Below, piece after piece: positions 31,301-41,081 of a stretch of DNA of 64,000 nt; position 1 is the stretch's first letter, and each line of letters opens with the position of its first letter. The stretch comes from Micrococcales bacterium (GTDB lineage: Bacteria > Actinomycetota > Actinomycetes > S36-B12 > UBA10799): positions 1,900-65,899 of the forward strand of contig JADKAV010000021.1 in NCBI GenBank assembly GCA_016719135.1, written 5' to 3'. The notes below the pieces were generated by a model. That model had not been told where the DNA came from, ran no database searches, and was given only the letters and a program-made list of their open reading frames with translations. Position numbers and translations under genes: made by a program.

Positions 31301-32668
31301 TGGGCTTGGGTACGCCCCCGGAGTTGCGCTCTCACGTCAGCGCTCACGGCGGGCTGACCGTCGAACATCGCGTGCTGGTCGTACTCGATGCGCGTTCCCG
31401 TCCGGATGGGCGTTGGCCGCAGGGGATGCGCGGGATGCTCGCACCTGCCCTTGAGCGGTGGGCGCAGAGTCTCCTGCCCGACCCGGCGTCGGTGCTGCTG
31501 CGGGTGGTGGATCGTCCTGAGGACGGTGTGCGCCAGATCCCCCTGGCCGACTTGGGGATGGCAGCTCTCGACGTCGTGGCATTGACCCATCCCGACCCGA
31601 CCGGGATCACCCCGGCGTTGCGCTGCCTTCTGCAGCACAGGTTCGGGCTGTCCGACGACGTCCGGGTCCTGACCGGCGAAGGGGGCGGCGTCACCTTCGA
31701 GGAAGTCCAGTTGATCTGTCGTGAGATCGCCGCGGTGCTTCAGAGATCGGTGGTCGGGACGAGCGCTGCCTTCCATCCGGCGACCGGTGACGAACCGGAG
31801 GGGGCGCCCCCTCCGGCGCTTGTCGCCCACGTCGATCTTCTGCGGGAGACGTTCGCCGATGCCCTGGCCGCCGATTTCCCCTCACGGTGGGAAGTGTTGG
31901 CCCGATACGGATGGGCGCCGGGACCGACCCGGAGGCCACCGGGCGCAACTGGCCGCCCGGCTGGCGAAACTGGACGCCAAGCGGTCGGCCGAAGGCGTCA
32001 GCGCCACGGATACGTTGACCGCTCTGTTCGCCAGCGCCCCGCACGTGGTGCCTGAAGTCACCTACTCCGCGAGCAGCGCCGGTGCTCTCGTGAGGTTCTC
32101 GGCCGGTCTTGCGAGCAGCGACGAGATCGACGATTGGTTGGACGCGGTGGCCCATGTGCGACCGGATGTCGCACGCCTGTCCGGGGCGCTGATGCTCTCG
32201 AACCTCGCCGGGGTGCCGGCCAGCGCTGTGGCAGTGGGTCAGGACGTGGTGGTCCCCGGTGAGCGCTGGGCCGCGACCCACCTGCCGCCGCCCGGTGCGG
32301 CGGGCCGGGTGTCGGTGTGTGCTGCAACTGTGGATGGTTGGATCCCGCGGGAAGGCGATGAAGTCTGCGTATTGATCATCGATGCCTGGTCCGAGCAGAT
32401 TCCCCGCACCGACGCAGTCACCGGCGTCGCATTCCACTACGACGCCCCGAGCAACCGCCCCCCGCAGTCATGGTTGCTCGCCACCGCTCCCGCGGACCAG
32501 CCGTGGTCGATGGGGTTGATCGCCGACATGGTTCTCGACACCGTCGACTGGGCGCGCAAACGTATGGTCGCGCCTGAAGACCTCGGCGACTGGGGACACG
32601 GCATCCCCACGTCGGTCGTGCCCGGGGTCGTGACCCCCTGGCCCGGCGAAGAGGAGTCCGAATCATGA
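28377..32668 (+). CDS. very large hypothetical protein H (about 1430 aa after repair); ~8 frame breaks
   Basis: ATG 28377 overlaps the stop of G (TGATG). Alternative starts are ATG 28463 or ATG 28550. It is rebuilt from ORFs 28278..28619, 28463..29128, 29002..29988, 29738..30553, 30399..31454, 31120..32055 and 31721..32668. Blocks: LLLPVRLETKYR..LRIRVFPDQIHLD, LLPHRWNVLCFQG, ALRIGPQPYGILP, TNRLDAWATS, NGFVHAPSLSHAATAAVLRSAW, RNGQSLGELLGYRFERLLH, GVAFHYDAPSNRPPQSWLLA. Confidence 0.6.
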
Positions 32669-34373
32669 GATGGAGCCGGATCGAATCCATGGGCCGGGCC
32701 GCCGACTTCGCGGATGGGATCGCAGCACGCATCGCGGACCCTCTTTGGATGCTCGGCAGGCAGTGGCAACTCGGTGAACTCACCGGTGACGACGCCACTC
32801 AGCCCGCCGCCGTCAGGGTTCGTGTCCGGCACGCGCCGCTGGTGGGCTATCAAGCCGGCGATGACCGCCCTCGGCGGCTTGGGCCAGAACAACCCCTCGA
32901 ACGACTCGTCGAGGCAGGTCCGCCACCGCCCATGGGTCCTGGGGCTGTCCACGACACGGTTCGAGCCGGTGAACGCCTGCGCCGCCGCCTCGATCGTCTG
33001 GGGCTGTCCCAGGCGGTGGCGGCGTTGCGTACGGCATTTCCAGTCGACCCACATGGCCAGGGAGCGGTCCGGCTGGGTGCCACCGAACAGGCACGTCTGG
33101 ACATGCTGATCCGGCGCGGCATGGACGGCCGCGCGGTGGCAGCGGCCACCGGCAGCACCCTCCAGCAAGCGCTTTCCGAGTTGCCCGCAGCGGAGCGGCC
33201 AGCGCTATGGATGTCATCCGCACATGGTCCAAAGGTGAAGACGTCGAGTCCTCGGCGGCGTGGATCCCCGAACGCTTCGAGCATCGGTTCTCCGTGTTCG
33301 CGCAGGACCGCGATGAGTTGATCGCGCTGCGGGCGCAAGCGCACCAGGGTGGGATGCTCGACTGGCACAGCTTCGACGTCGACCCGGATGCCGCCCTGTC
33401 CTCGACCCCGACTGGGAGTGATCGCGGGTCGTCCACGGAGGTGACCGCCATCGCGGCACCCGTACGCTTTGCAGGGATGCCCGCCTCCCGGTGGTGGGAG
33501 TTCGAGGACGGTGAGGTGAACCTCGGCGATCTCGACGCGGGGCCGGCGGATCTGGCCAGGTTGGCCGTGGCCGAGTTCGCGACGGTCTACAACGATGATT
33601 GGTTCGTCGTGCCGGTACGGGTTCAGCGGTCATCACTGGTCCGGGTTGAAGAACTCACGATCATTGACACCTTCGGCGAGAAACACACGATCCGGCCCGC
33701 CTCGTTGATCGATTCCCGACGCGACGCTGAGTCGTCCGATGAGACCCGAGCGTGGCGCTTCTTCGAACTCGACGGCGACCCGCACCATGCGCAGAAGCGG
33801 GCCCCCTGGCTGCTCGTGCCGCCCTCCTTGGCCAGTACTTTGCATGGCCCGCAGCTCGAACGCGTTGCCTTGGCTCGCGACGAGGATGCCAATCTGGCGT
33901 GGGCGATCGAGCGGATCGTCGAAGGCCCCCTCGGCCGGCCCATCGACCGCGCCAGCACCTGGGCGGGTAACGATCGGGCACCGTCGTCGCAGCACAGAGC
34001 AGATGCGACGTGGTGGTACGAACTCGAAACGCCGCCCCCGCCATGGTGGATCCCCCTGGTCCCCGAGCGCCAGGATCCGACCACCGAGCAGGTCCGGCTG
34101 CGCCGTGCCCGGATGGCCACCTGGGACGGACAGGATCCGCGCGACATCGGCCCCAAGGGAACACTGCTGGAGCCGGGCGGGCCATTCTTCGTGTACGAGG
34201 AAGAAGTGCCGCGAAGCGGTGCCACGGTGTCCCGGTCGTGGCAGTGGGCACGGTGGCAGGATGGGTCCGCGCACCTGTGGCTGCAGCGGAGCAAGCAGAA
34301 CGGCCACGGCGAACGATCCGCCGGACTGCGTTGGGACGTGCTCCACGACAGCCCACCTGGCGACGGGTCGTGA
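32665..34373 (+). CDS. large hypothetical protein I (about 570 aa after repair); one frame break near 33197
   Basis: ATG 32665 overlaps the stop of H (ATGA). ORFs 32665..33321 and 33207..34373 join at ..ELPAAERPAL | MDVIRTWSKGEDV... Blocks: DPLWMLGRQWQLGELTGDDATQPAAV, PERFEHRFSVFA, HQGGMLDWHSFDV, MPASRWWEFEDGEVNLGDLDAGPADLARLAVAEFATVYNDDWFVVPV. Confidence 0.65.
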
Positions 34374-34433
34374 TGGCCGCCGGCAGGTGGGTACCCGGCA
34401 ATTGATGGCTGTTCCTCGGCGCCCAGGCCAGAC

Positions 34434-34457
34434 CTTTGGTGTAGATCGGCACCAAAG
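34434..34457 (+). terminator. small hairpin after the cluster
   Basis: CTTTGGTG (34434-34441), 8-nt loop, CACCAAAG (34450-34457). No U-tract. It lies between gene I and the EEP gene. Confidence 0.2.
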
Positions 34458-34495
34458 CGGCGCCAACCGCATCCGGCCCGATTAAGGTGGCGGCC

Positions 34496-35639
34496 ATGCG
34501 CACAGTCCTCATCGCCGCCACCGCAGGAGCACTCGTCCTGACCGGGGTGGGAGCAGCTCAAGCAGACAGCACAGCTTCCGGAGAGGTGGCATCCGGTGGC
34601 GCCAAAAACGTGACGGTCATGACCCGCAATCTGTTCCTGGGTGCCGACCTCGGTCCGGCGTTGGGCGCCACCGGCGGTGGGGAGTTCGTCACCGCGGCCG
34701 GTGCGATCTTCCGCCAGCTCGAGGCCACCAACTTCCCGCAGCGGGCCAAGGGCCTGGCCGACGAGATCCAAACGCGCAAACCCGGACCTGGTCGGCCTGC
34801 AGGAGGTCGTCGCTGTGGCGCAAGGGCCCGGTGAACCTGAACGCGGTGTTCAACCAGGAGCCTTCCGCCAAAGGTCTACCAGGACTTCCTGAAGATCCTG
34901 ATGAAGCGGATCAACAAAGGGCAAGGTCAAGTACGAGGTCGTCAAAGTGCAGGACGAGTTCGACTTCGAGGCCCCGCGGACACCGACAACAACCCGAAGA
35001 CCGGGACGAACGGTGCCGAGGCGAACTAACGGCTCACCATGCGTGACGCCATCCCTCAAACGCGCCGACAAGGGGATTGCGACCAAGGACCTGCAAGGGG
35101 CGCAGTACACGAAGAAGAACAGCTTCAGCGTGAAGGTCGCCGGGTTCGTCACGGTGACGTCGCTGCGGGGGTGGCTGTCGACCCGCGCGAAAATGCGCGG
35201 CGGCAAGTGGTTCACGTTCGCGAACACCCACCTGGAAGCTTTCGACGACCGCACCCAGGTGCCCAGCATCCGCGCGAAGCAGGCCAAGGAGTTCGCCAAA
35301 GCGATGGCCAAGGTCAAGGGCCCGCTGATCGCGGTCGGCGATTTCAACTCCGACTTCCCGGGCCTGGGTGCCCGGCGACGAGCAGGCGTTCGAGTATTGC
35401 GCAAGGCAGGGCTTCAGGACATCGGCACGACCACGCCGATGAGCTGCTGCATCGCGACCTCCGACGACATGCAGAACGGCGGCTCGATCGACGAGTTCGA
35501 CCACCGCGTCGACCAGATCTTCACCACCACCCCGAAGAGGGTCAAGAAGATCAAGACCTGGGTAGTGGGCCGGGAGCAGTCCTACGGGTTCTGGCACTCA
35601 GATCACGCCGGGGTCGTGGGCAAGTACCTGCTCAAGTAG
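34496..35639 (+). CDS. secreted endonuclease/exonuclease/phosphatase (EEP) family protein; at least 4 frame breaks
   Basis: Signal-like N-terminus MRTVLIAATAGALVLTGVGAAQA. EEP blocks ..VTVMTRNLFLGADL.., ..PDLVGLQEV.. (in ORF 34641..34892), ..IAVGDFNSD.., ..FWHSDHAGV... Fragments are ORFs 34487..34834, 34641..34892, 34831..35046 and 34947..35639. Confidence 0.75.
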
Positions 35640-37326
35640 TCACTGCAGGGTCCGCAGCCAGGCGCTGGTCTCCTGCCGCTTCTCGCGGACCCACTCGATG
35701 CGTGCGCCCGCGACGATCAGTGCCGCGCCTGCCAGTGCCAACGCCATCCAGCGCGGCAGCGTGTCCAGGGTGGCCCAGAGCTGGGCGGTCGCAGCGATCG
35801 AGACAGCCAGCGTCGCTGGAACGACCAGTCCCAGCAGGTGACCACGCACTCCCAGGAGCAGGCACACGACTCCGGCGAGCATCACGATCAGGAAGCGTGC
35901 CAGTGACGCCGTCGACCAGGGTTCGTCCCAGATCACCAGCGCGCTGGGCAGTAGGGCGGCGCTCAGCGCGGGAGCGTACAGGATCAGGGAGCGGCGCTCG
36001 CCGGACCGGAACTGGACGAGGCCCGCCAGCAGCAGCAGTCCCGCCAGGACCAGGGCCGGGACCTCGAAGAAGGGAACCTCGGTCACCTGCAGCAGGAACG
36101 CCGTCTGCACGAACAGCGCTGCGAACCACGCGAGGACGGCTGCTCCCTTGCGCAACGAGAACGCGAACAGGCCGACACCCGCGACGCCGAAGAACCATTG
36201 CGGATCCGGTGGAGCCGTTCCGATGAGCCAGGTACTCCACAGCGCACCGACGGTCACCGCGGCCAGGGCGATGCCCCAGCGTGCGAGCAGGAACAGCAGC
36301 GTGGTGCCAGCAACCGCCACGACCACCGTCAGTGCGATGGAGGTCGGCACCAGCAGCGAGAGCAGGCCCAGCCAGAAGCCGAACAGCGGCCAGCCGATCC
36401 AGATCGAGACGCGGTGTCCCAGGACATCCTGCAGCAACAGCAGAGCCAGCAGGGCCACCGCAACCACGACCACAGCGCCGGTGGGCGGGTCGTAGCCGAG
36501 CAGGGACAGCGTCAGGCCCGAGGCGAGCACCAGACTCAGCCCTTGCGGTCACCCGCACGGGCAGCCGGTCGGTTCTCAACGGGAACGCCACCAGGACCGC
36601 CGTCAGCGCCACGTACGCGATGCCGGACAGCGTGGTGGTGAGCTCGGATGCCAGTGGGCCAGTGACCATTCCCATTGCGCTGGCCAGCAGCACCAGCGAG
36701 CTCAGCCAGCCGAGCCACAACCACGATGTGACACCGAAGCGGTGACCCGCCAGGAGGCCGAACGCGACCGCCACCGAGCAGACAACCAAGGAGTAGGGCG
36801 AGTCGATATCCACCCAATCCTCGGGCAAGGCGCCCAACCCGGGTCCAGCGGCCGCCACAATGAGGCCCAGTGCGAACGCGACCACGGCCAGTGCTTCGGT
36901 GGTCCGGGGGACACGTGTGCGCAGCCGGATGGCGGCGAATCCGCTGAGCAGCGCCGAACCGGCCAGGATCGCCAGTTGTCCGAACGGCCCGAACAGTTCC
37001 CACGCGACCGCCACGAACACCAGGCCAGCGAGAATCAGCAGCGCCGCACCGAGAGTGACCAGAAGTGTCTGTGCCGAGCCCTTGCGCGGGGGTGTGACCG
37101 GCGGGTGTGGCCCCCCGGCCGGCCAGATGCCGTAGGCCTGTGCGGTGGCCGGGTCCGGCGGTGGTGCTTGTTCGGCGATCCGATCAGCGAGCCACTGCCG
37201 GCGCTGGGTGAGGTATTCGTACTCGCGCAGGTACCCCGCGTACCCGCGGAACCCGCAGGTGCAGGTGAGCATTCCGTCGGCGTCCGGGACCGACAGGGCG
37301 TGGCCGCACTGTGGGCATTGGCTCAC
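35640..37326 (-). CDS. polytopic membrane protein with N-terminal zinc-ribbon; frame broken near 36540
   Basis: N-terminus MSQCPQCGHALSVPDADGMLTCTCGF (CxxC..CxC), then more than 10 hydrophobic segments. ORF 35632..37326 (N-terminal part) joins ORF 35640..36530 at ..DRLPVRVTA | GLSLVLASGL... Possibly the SCO7613-like membrane protein family (from memory). Confidence 0.65.
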
Positions 37327-37467
37327 ATGTCAACCGTACGCCGTGCGGCTTACCCAGCGGTGGACCACCCGAAGTGGGCAACCACCGTTGGCGGATGCCA
37401 GGTTCACGAGGTGCAATCTGGACAAATCACGCATAACGCCGCTGAAAACCTCCCAAAGATGGCAGAT

Positions 37468-37971
37468 TCAGGAAACCGAGGTCGTGTGGTGCCCACTTGT
37501 GGAGGCCGTGTCCAGCTCGAACTGAAGCAACCACTGCTTCGCGTCGAGTCCGCCGGCGAATCCGGTGAGCGCGCCGGAGGCGCCCACCACGCGGTGGCAG
37601 GGCACGATGATCGAGATGGGGTTACGCCCGTTGGCCGCCCCGACCGCCCGGGCCTTGGCCGGGTCGCCCAGTCGGGCCGCCTGTTGTGCGTAGGTCATGG
37701 TTTGTGCGTAGGGGATGGTTAGCAGCACGTCCCAGGCGGCCCGCTGGAACTCGGTCCCTTGTGGATCCAGCCGCACATCGAACGTGGTGCGACGCCCCGC
37801 GAAGTACTCGTCGAGTTCGGCAGCCGCCTGAGCAAGGACCGGATGGTCGGGCTGGAACTCGCCGACTTCGGTGGATCGAGCGTCGTCGGGCCACCAGACG
37901 GCCTGCAACCCCTCGTCGTCGGCGACGAGGGTCAGGATGCCGACCGGGCTGGGGTACTCGCAGTAGGGCAT
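37468..37971 (-). CDS. ogt: methylated-DNA--protein-cysteine methyltransferase
   Basis: Active-site PCHRV (..ISIIVPCHRVVGASGALTGFAGGL..). Likely start MPYCEYPSPVGILTLV at 37971, 1 nt after the alkA stop. Confidence 0.85.
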   Translation of the reverse strand: MPYCEYPSPVGILTLVADDEGLQAVWWPDDARSTEVGEFQPDHPVLAQAAAELDEYFAGRRTTFDVRLDPQGTEFQRAAWDVLLTIPYAQTMTYAQQAARLGDPAKARAVGAANGRNPISIIVPCHRVVGASGALTGFAGGLDAKQWLLQFELDTASTSGHHTTSVS

Positions 37972-37972
37972 G

Positions 37973-39335
37973 TCAGTTCTCCAGGTTCCATAGGTAGTGC
38001 ATGGCGTAGGAACGCCAGGGTTTCCATCGCAGGTCGTCGGCATCAAGACCGCGGGCCCGGGCCGCTTTCGCGATTCCCAGATCCGAGGGCAGGCTCACGT
38101 CCGGGTCGCCGAGCGCGCGCATCCGGATGTACTTGGCGGTCCAGGGTCCGATGCCGGGCACCTCCAGGAGGCTGCGTTCGGCCTCGTCCCAGTCCGAACC
38201 GGGGTCCAGCACCACTGTGCCGTCGGCGAGTCTGGCCGCCAGCTCGATGACCGTCGCTGCCCGGCGCCGCGGCATCGCGAAGACCGCCGGATCCATCTGC
38301 GCGATCTGCACGGAGGTCGGGAAGTGCGGTCCCCCCGCGGCCAGTCTCCCGGCGGCTGTGCACGCCGCTGCGACGCTCACCTGTTGGCCGAGAACCGCCC
38401 GGATCGCGGTTTCCGCGGGATCGAAGGCGGCCGGGCTGCGCAGTCTGGGAATGCGGATCGACCGGCAGAGTCGCCCGCAGGGTGTCCGCGACAGCGACCG
38501 GGTCCGCATCCAGGTCGAGCATCCGGCGCAGGCGGCTGACGGCGGGCGCGAGATCGCGCAGGTCGGACAGTTCCAGATCTACCCGGCAGTGATCGTCGTG
38601 GGCGGTGATGCCGGCCCGACCGTCGGCGTGCGGGAGGCGCAGATTCCGGCTGAACGTGGTCCCGTCCCAGGTCTCCACGCCGGGGATCGCACGCCGTCCC
38701 AGGAAACCCAGCAACACATCGCCGGCGAACGGGGTGCGCGTGGCAAGCCGGCAGGCTGATCCGCTCGCCACCCGCCTGCGAGGAACGCAGCGCGCTGGGT
38801 GTCACGGCGTACACCTCGCGGATCGTGTCGTTGAACTGCCGGACGCTGCCGAACCCCGCGGCGAATGCGATGTCGGTGGCGTTCAACGATGTGCTTTCTA
38901 GCAGCGTCCGGCGGTGAGGGCGCGGTGCGCGCGTGCGATGGCCAAAGGTCCGGCGCCGAGTTCCTCGGTGAGCAGCCGCGTGACGTGCCGTTGGGTGTAG
39001 CCGAGTGCGCCGGCCAGCCCGGCCACTCCGTCACGATCGATCACCCCGTCGCGGATCAGTCGCATCGCGCGCGCCACGAGGTCGGAGCGTACGTCCCATT
39101 CCGGGGAGCCGGGGGATGCGTCCGGCCGGCACCGCTTGCAGCCGCGGAAGCCCGCGGTCTGTGCAGCCGCTGCCGTGCGGTAGAAGTCGACGTTGCCGGG
39201 CTTCGGCGTGATCGCCGGACAGCTGGGGCGGCAGTAGATCCCAGTTGTGTGCACAGCGGTGTAGAACCAGCCGTCGAAGCGGGTGTCCCGGCTGGTCACC
39301 GCGCGGTAGCAGGCCTCGCGGTCCAGTCCGTCCAT
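37973..39335 (-). CDS. alkA: Ada regulatory domain / AraC HTH / AlkA DNA-3-methyladenine glycosylase II fusion; several frame breaks
   Basis: Fragments are ORFs 38898..39335 (Ada Zn site: [15 protein letters not shown]), 38377..38886 (HTH: [24 protein letters not shown]), 38043..38771 (AlkA N-domain) and 37973..38509 (HhH-GPD: [25 protein letters not shown]). The ada-alkA plus ogt arrangement is known from mycobacteria. Confidence 0.8.
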
Positions 39336-39384
39336 GGCTCGATTCTCGCCGCCGCTGCACGCGATGGCTAGCGGTTTTCGGACA

Positions 39385-39747
39385 TCACGCTAGGTGTGTC
39401 CCTTGGTGGTACCGCAGCAGCCAGCGGGAGTGTTCGCGCACCCACACCGACGATCGTCGGGTGTCCCCGAAGTCGTAGGTGACAAGCGCGATGCCGTAGG
39501 CCAGTTCGGCCGCGCAGGCATTACTCATCTCCCCCGAAATCGCTGGATCCGCGACCAGAGCCTCGATCATCTCGGCGCGGGTCCAATGGCGGCCCGAGGC
39601 GCCCACTTCGGTGAAGTCCGGATGTAGCAGGCCGTCAAGCGCAACCGGATCGGCCCGCACGGCGGGATCGAGCAGGTGGCGCTCACGGCCCAGGGCGGGG
39701 TGTGTCACGGGCGGGACCCACGCCGACGCGTCACTGGTCGACGACAC
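39385..39747 (-). CDS. DUF4440 / SnoaL-like (NTF2 fold) protein
   Basis: Intact 120-aa [28 protein letters not shown] and the C-terminal ..[19 protein letters not shown] pattern are typical of DUF4440. Confidence 0.6.
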   Translation of the reverse strand: MSSTSDASAWVPPVTHPALGRERHLLDPAVRADPVALDGLLHPDFTEVGASGRHWTRAEMIEALVADPAISGEMSNACAAELAYGIALVTYDFGDTRRSSVWVREHSRWLLRYHQGTHLA

Positions 39748-40113
39748 TGAAGTCGCCGCGGATGCCGTCGCCGGTCATGCCCGGCTTGCACGAGGTGATG
39801 TAGTCGCCCGCTTCAACGTCCACCACCAGGTCACGCGCGACCCCGGGGCCGATGTTCTCGACCTCGGCGACGACCTCGTCATTGTCACGCAGGAGGTAGA
39901 ACTCGGTGGCCTGACCGCCGGTGTTCTGCACGGAGAACACGACCGTGCCGGCAGGGGCCTGCGTCGGCATGACCTCACACGCGGAGTCGCCTTGCTGGTC
40001 ACGGCCACCGGGGTCGCATCCTCAGTGCTGTCGGGATTGCTGGTGCATCCTGCGAGAACCAGGACCGCGGCCCTGCGACGAACAGATGCTTCACGCGCTG
40101 CGTACTCCTTCAC
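39731..40113 (-). CDS. cupredoxin-like lipoprotein (EfeO Cup-domain-like); frame broken near 39993
   Basis: GTG 40113 overlaps the FTR1 stop (GTGA). Lipobox-like ..AAVLVLAGCTSNP. ORF 39731..39970 gives APAGTVVFSVQNTGGQATEFYLL..GDYITSCKPGMTGDGIRG. Confidence 0.6.
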
Positions 40114-40939
40114 GGGGTTGTCCTGGCAGGTTTGGGTGTGCGCATCTTCAGGATGAACAGGGTCATGACGATGCTGACGTAGGCGAGCCATCCGGATGGC
40201 GCTCAGCACCGAAATGGCCGGTGTGAAGTTGATCGTGCCCTTGAGTAGGGTCGCGTACCAGGTGCCCGGAGCGATCAATCGCTGGACGTCGAACGCGAGA
40301 GTGTTCAGCCCGGGCAGGACACCCGCCTCTTGCAGGTCGTGGATCCCGTGACGGCGGGGACACCGGCGGCCACGATGATCAGTGCGGCTCCGGTCCACGT
40401 GAAGAACGTGCCCAGGTTCAGCCGCAGCGCACCGCTGTAGATCAGGGTAGCCCAGCGCCACCGCGGTCGCGATGCCGAGCAGGGCACCCAACAACGGGGG
40501 TGGTGCCGGAACCCGTGGACCGTACCGCCGCCCACAGGAACAGGGCGGTCTCGATGCCTTCGCGGGCCACGGCCAGAAACGCCACGACCACCAGCGCTCC
40601 CACCCCAGCCTCGGCGGCTTTGTCCATCTTCGAGTGCAACTCACCCTTCAGGTGCCGGGCGTTGGTGGCCATCCAGAAGATCATCCACGTGACCAGCCCG
40701 ACAGCGAGGATCGACAGGGTGCCGCCGATGATCTCCTGCGCTTCGAACGTCAGGCCGCGGGTGCCGAACGTGAGCACCGCGCCTACCGCCAGTGACAGCG
40801 CCACCGCCAGCCCGACACCGGTCCAGACGTGGCGACTCAGGTGGGTGCGTTCGGTCTTCACCAAGTACGCGAGCAGGATGCTCACGATCAACGCCGCCTC
40901 GAGGCCCTCGCGCAATCCGACGAGGTAATTGCCGATCAC
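40110..40939 (-). CDS. FTR1/EfeU-family high-affinity iron permease; at least 3 frame breaks
   Basis: ORF 40442..40939 carries both REGLE and REGIE motifs in TM helices. The C-terminal helices are found in ORFs 40305..40535 and 39775..40644 and in a third frame ending ..WLAYVSIVMTLFILKMRTPKPARTTP. Confidence 0.75.
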
Positions 40940-41081
40940 CGATCCTCCAAAGTTAGGTAAGCCTTACCAACTATAGGGGCGTGGGCCGGCGTTGCGATAG
41001 TCCCCCGTAACCGGGAGTTCGCCGTAGTCGGGCCGACTTCCACGCAGTTCGTCGCTTGGACTGCTGCGCCGCTCCCTACTT

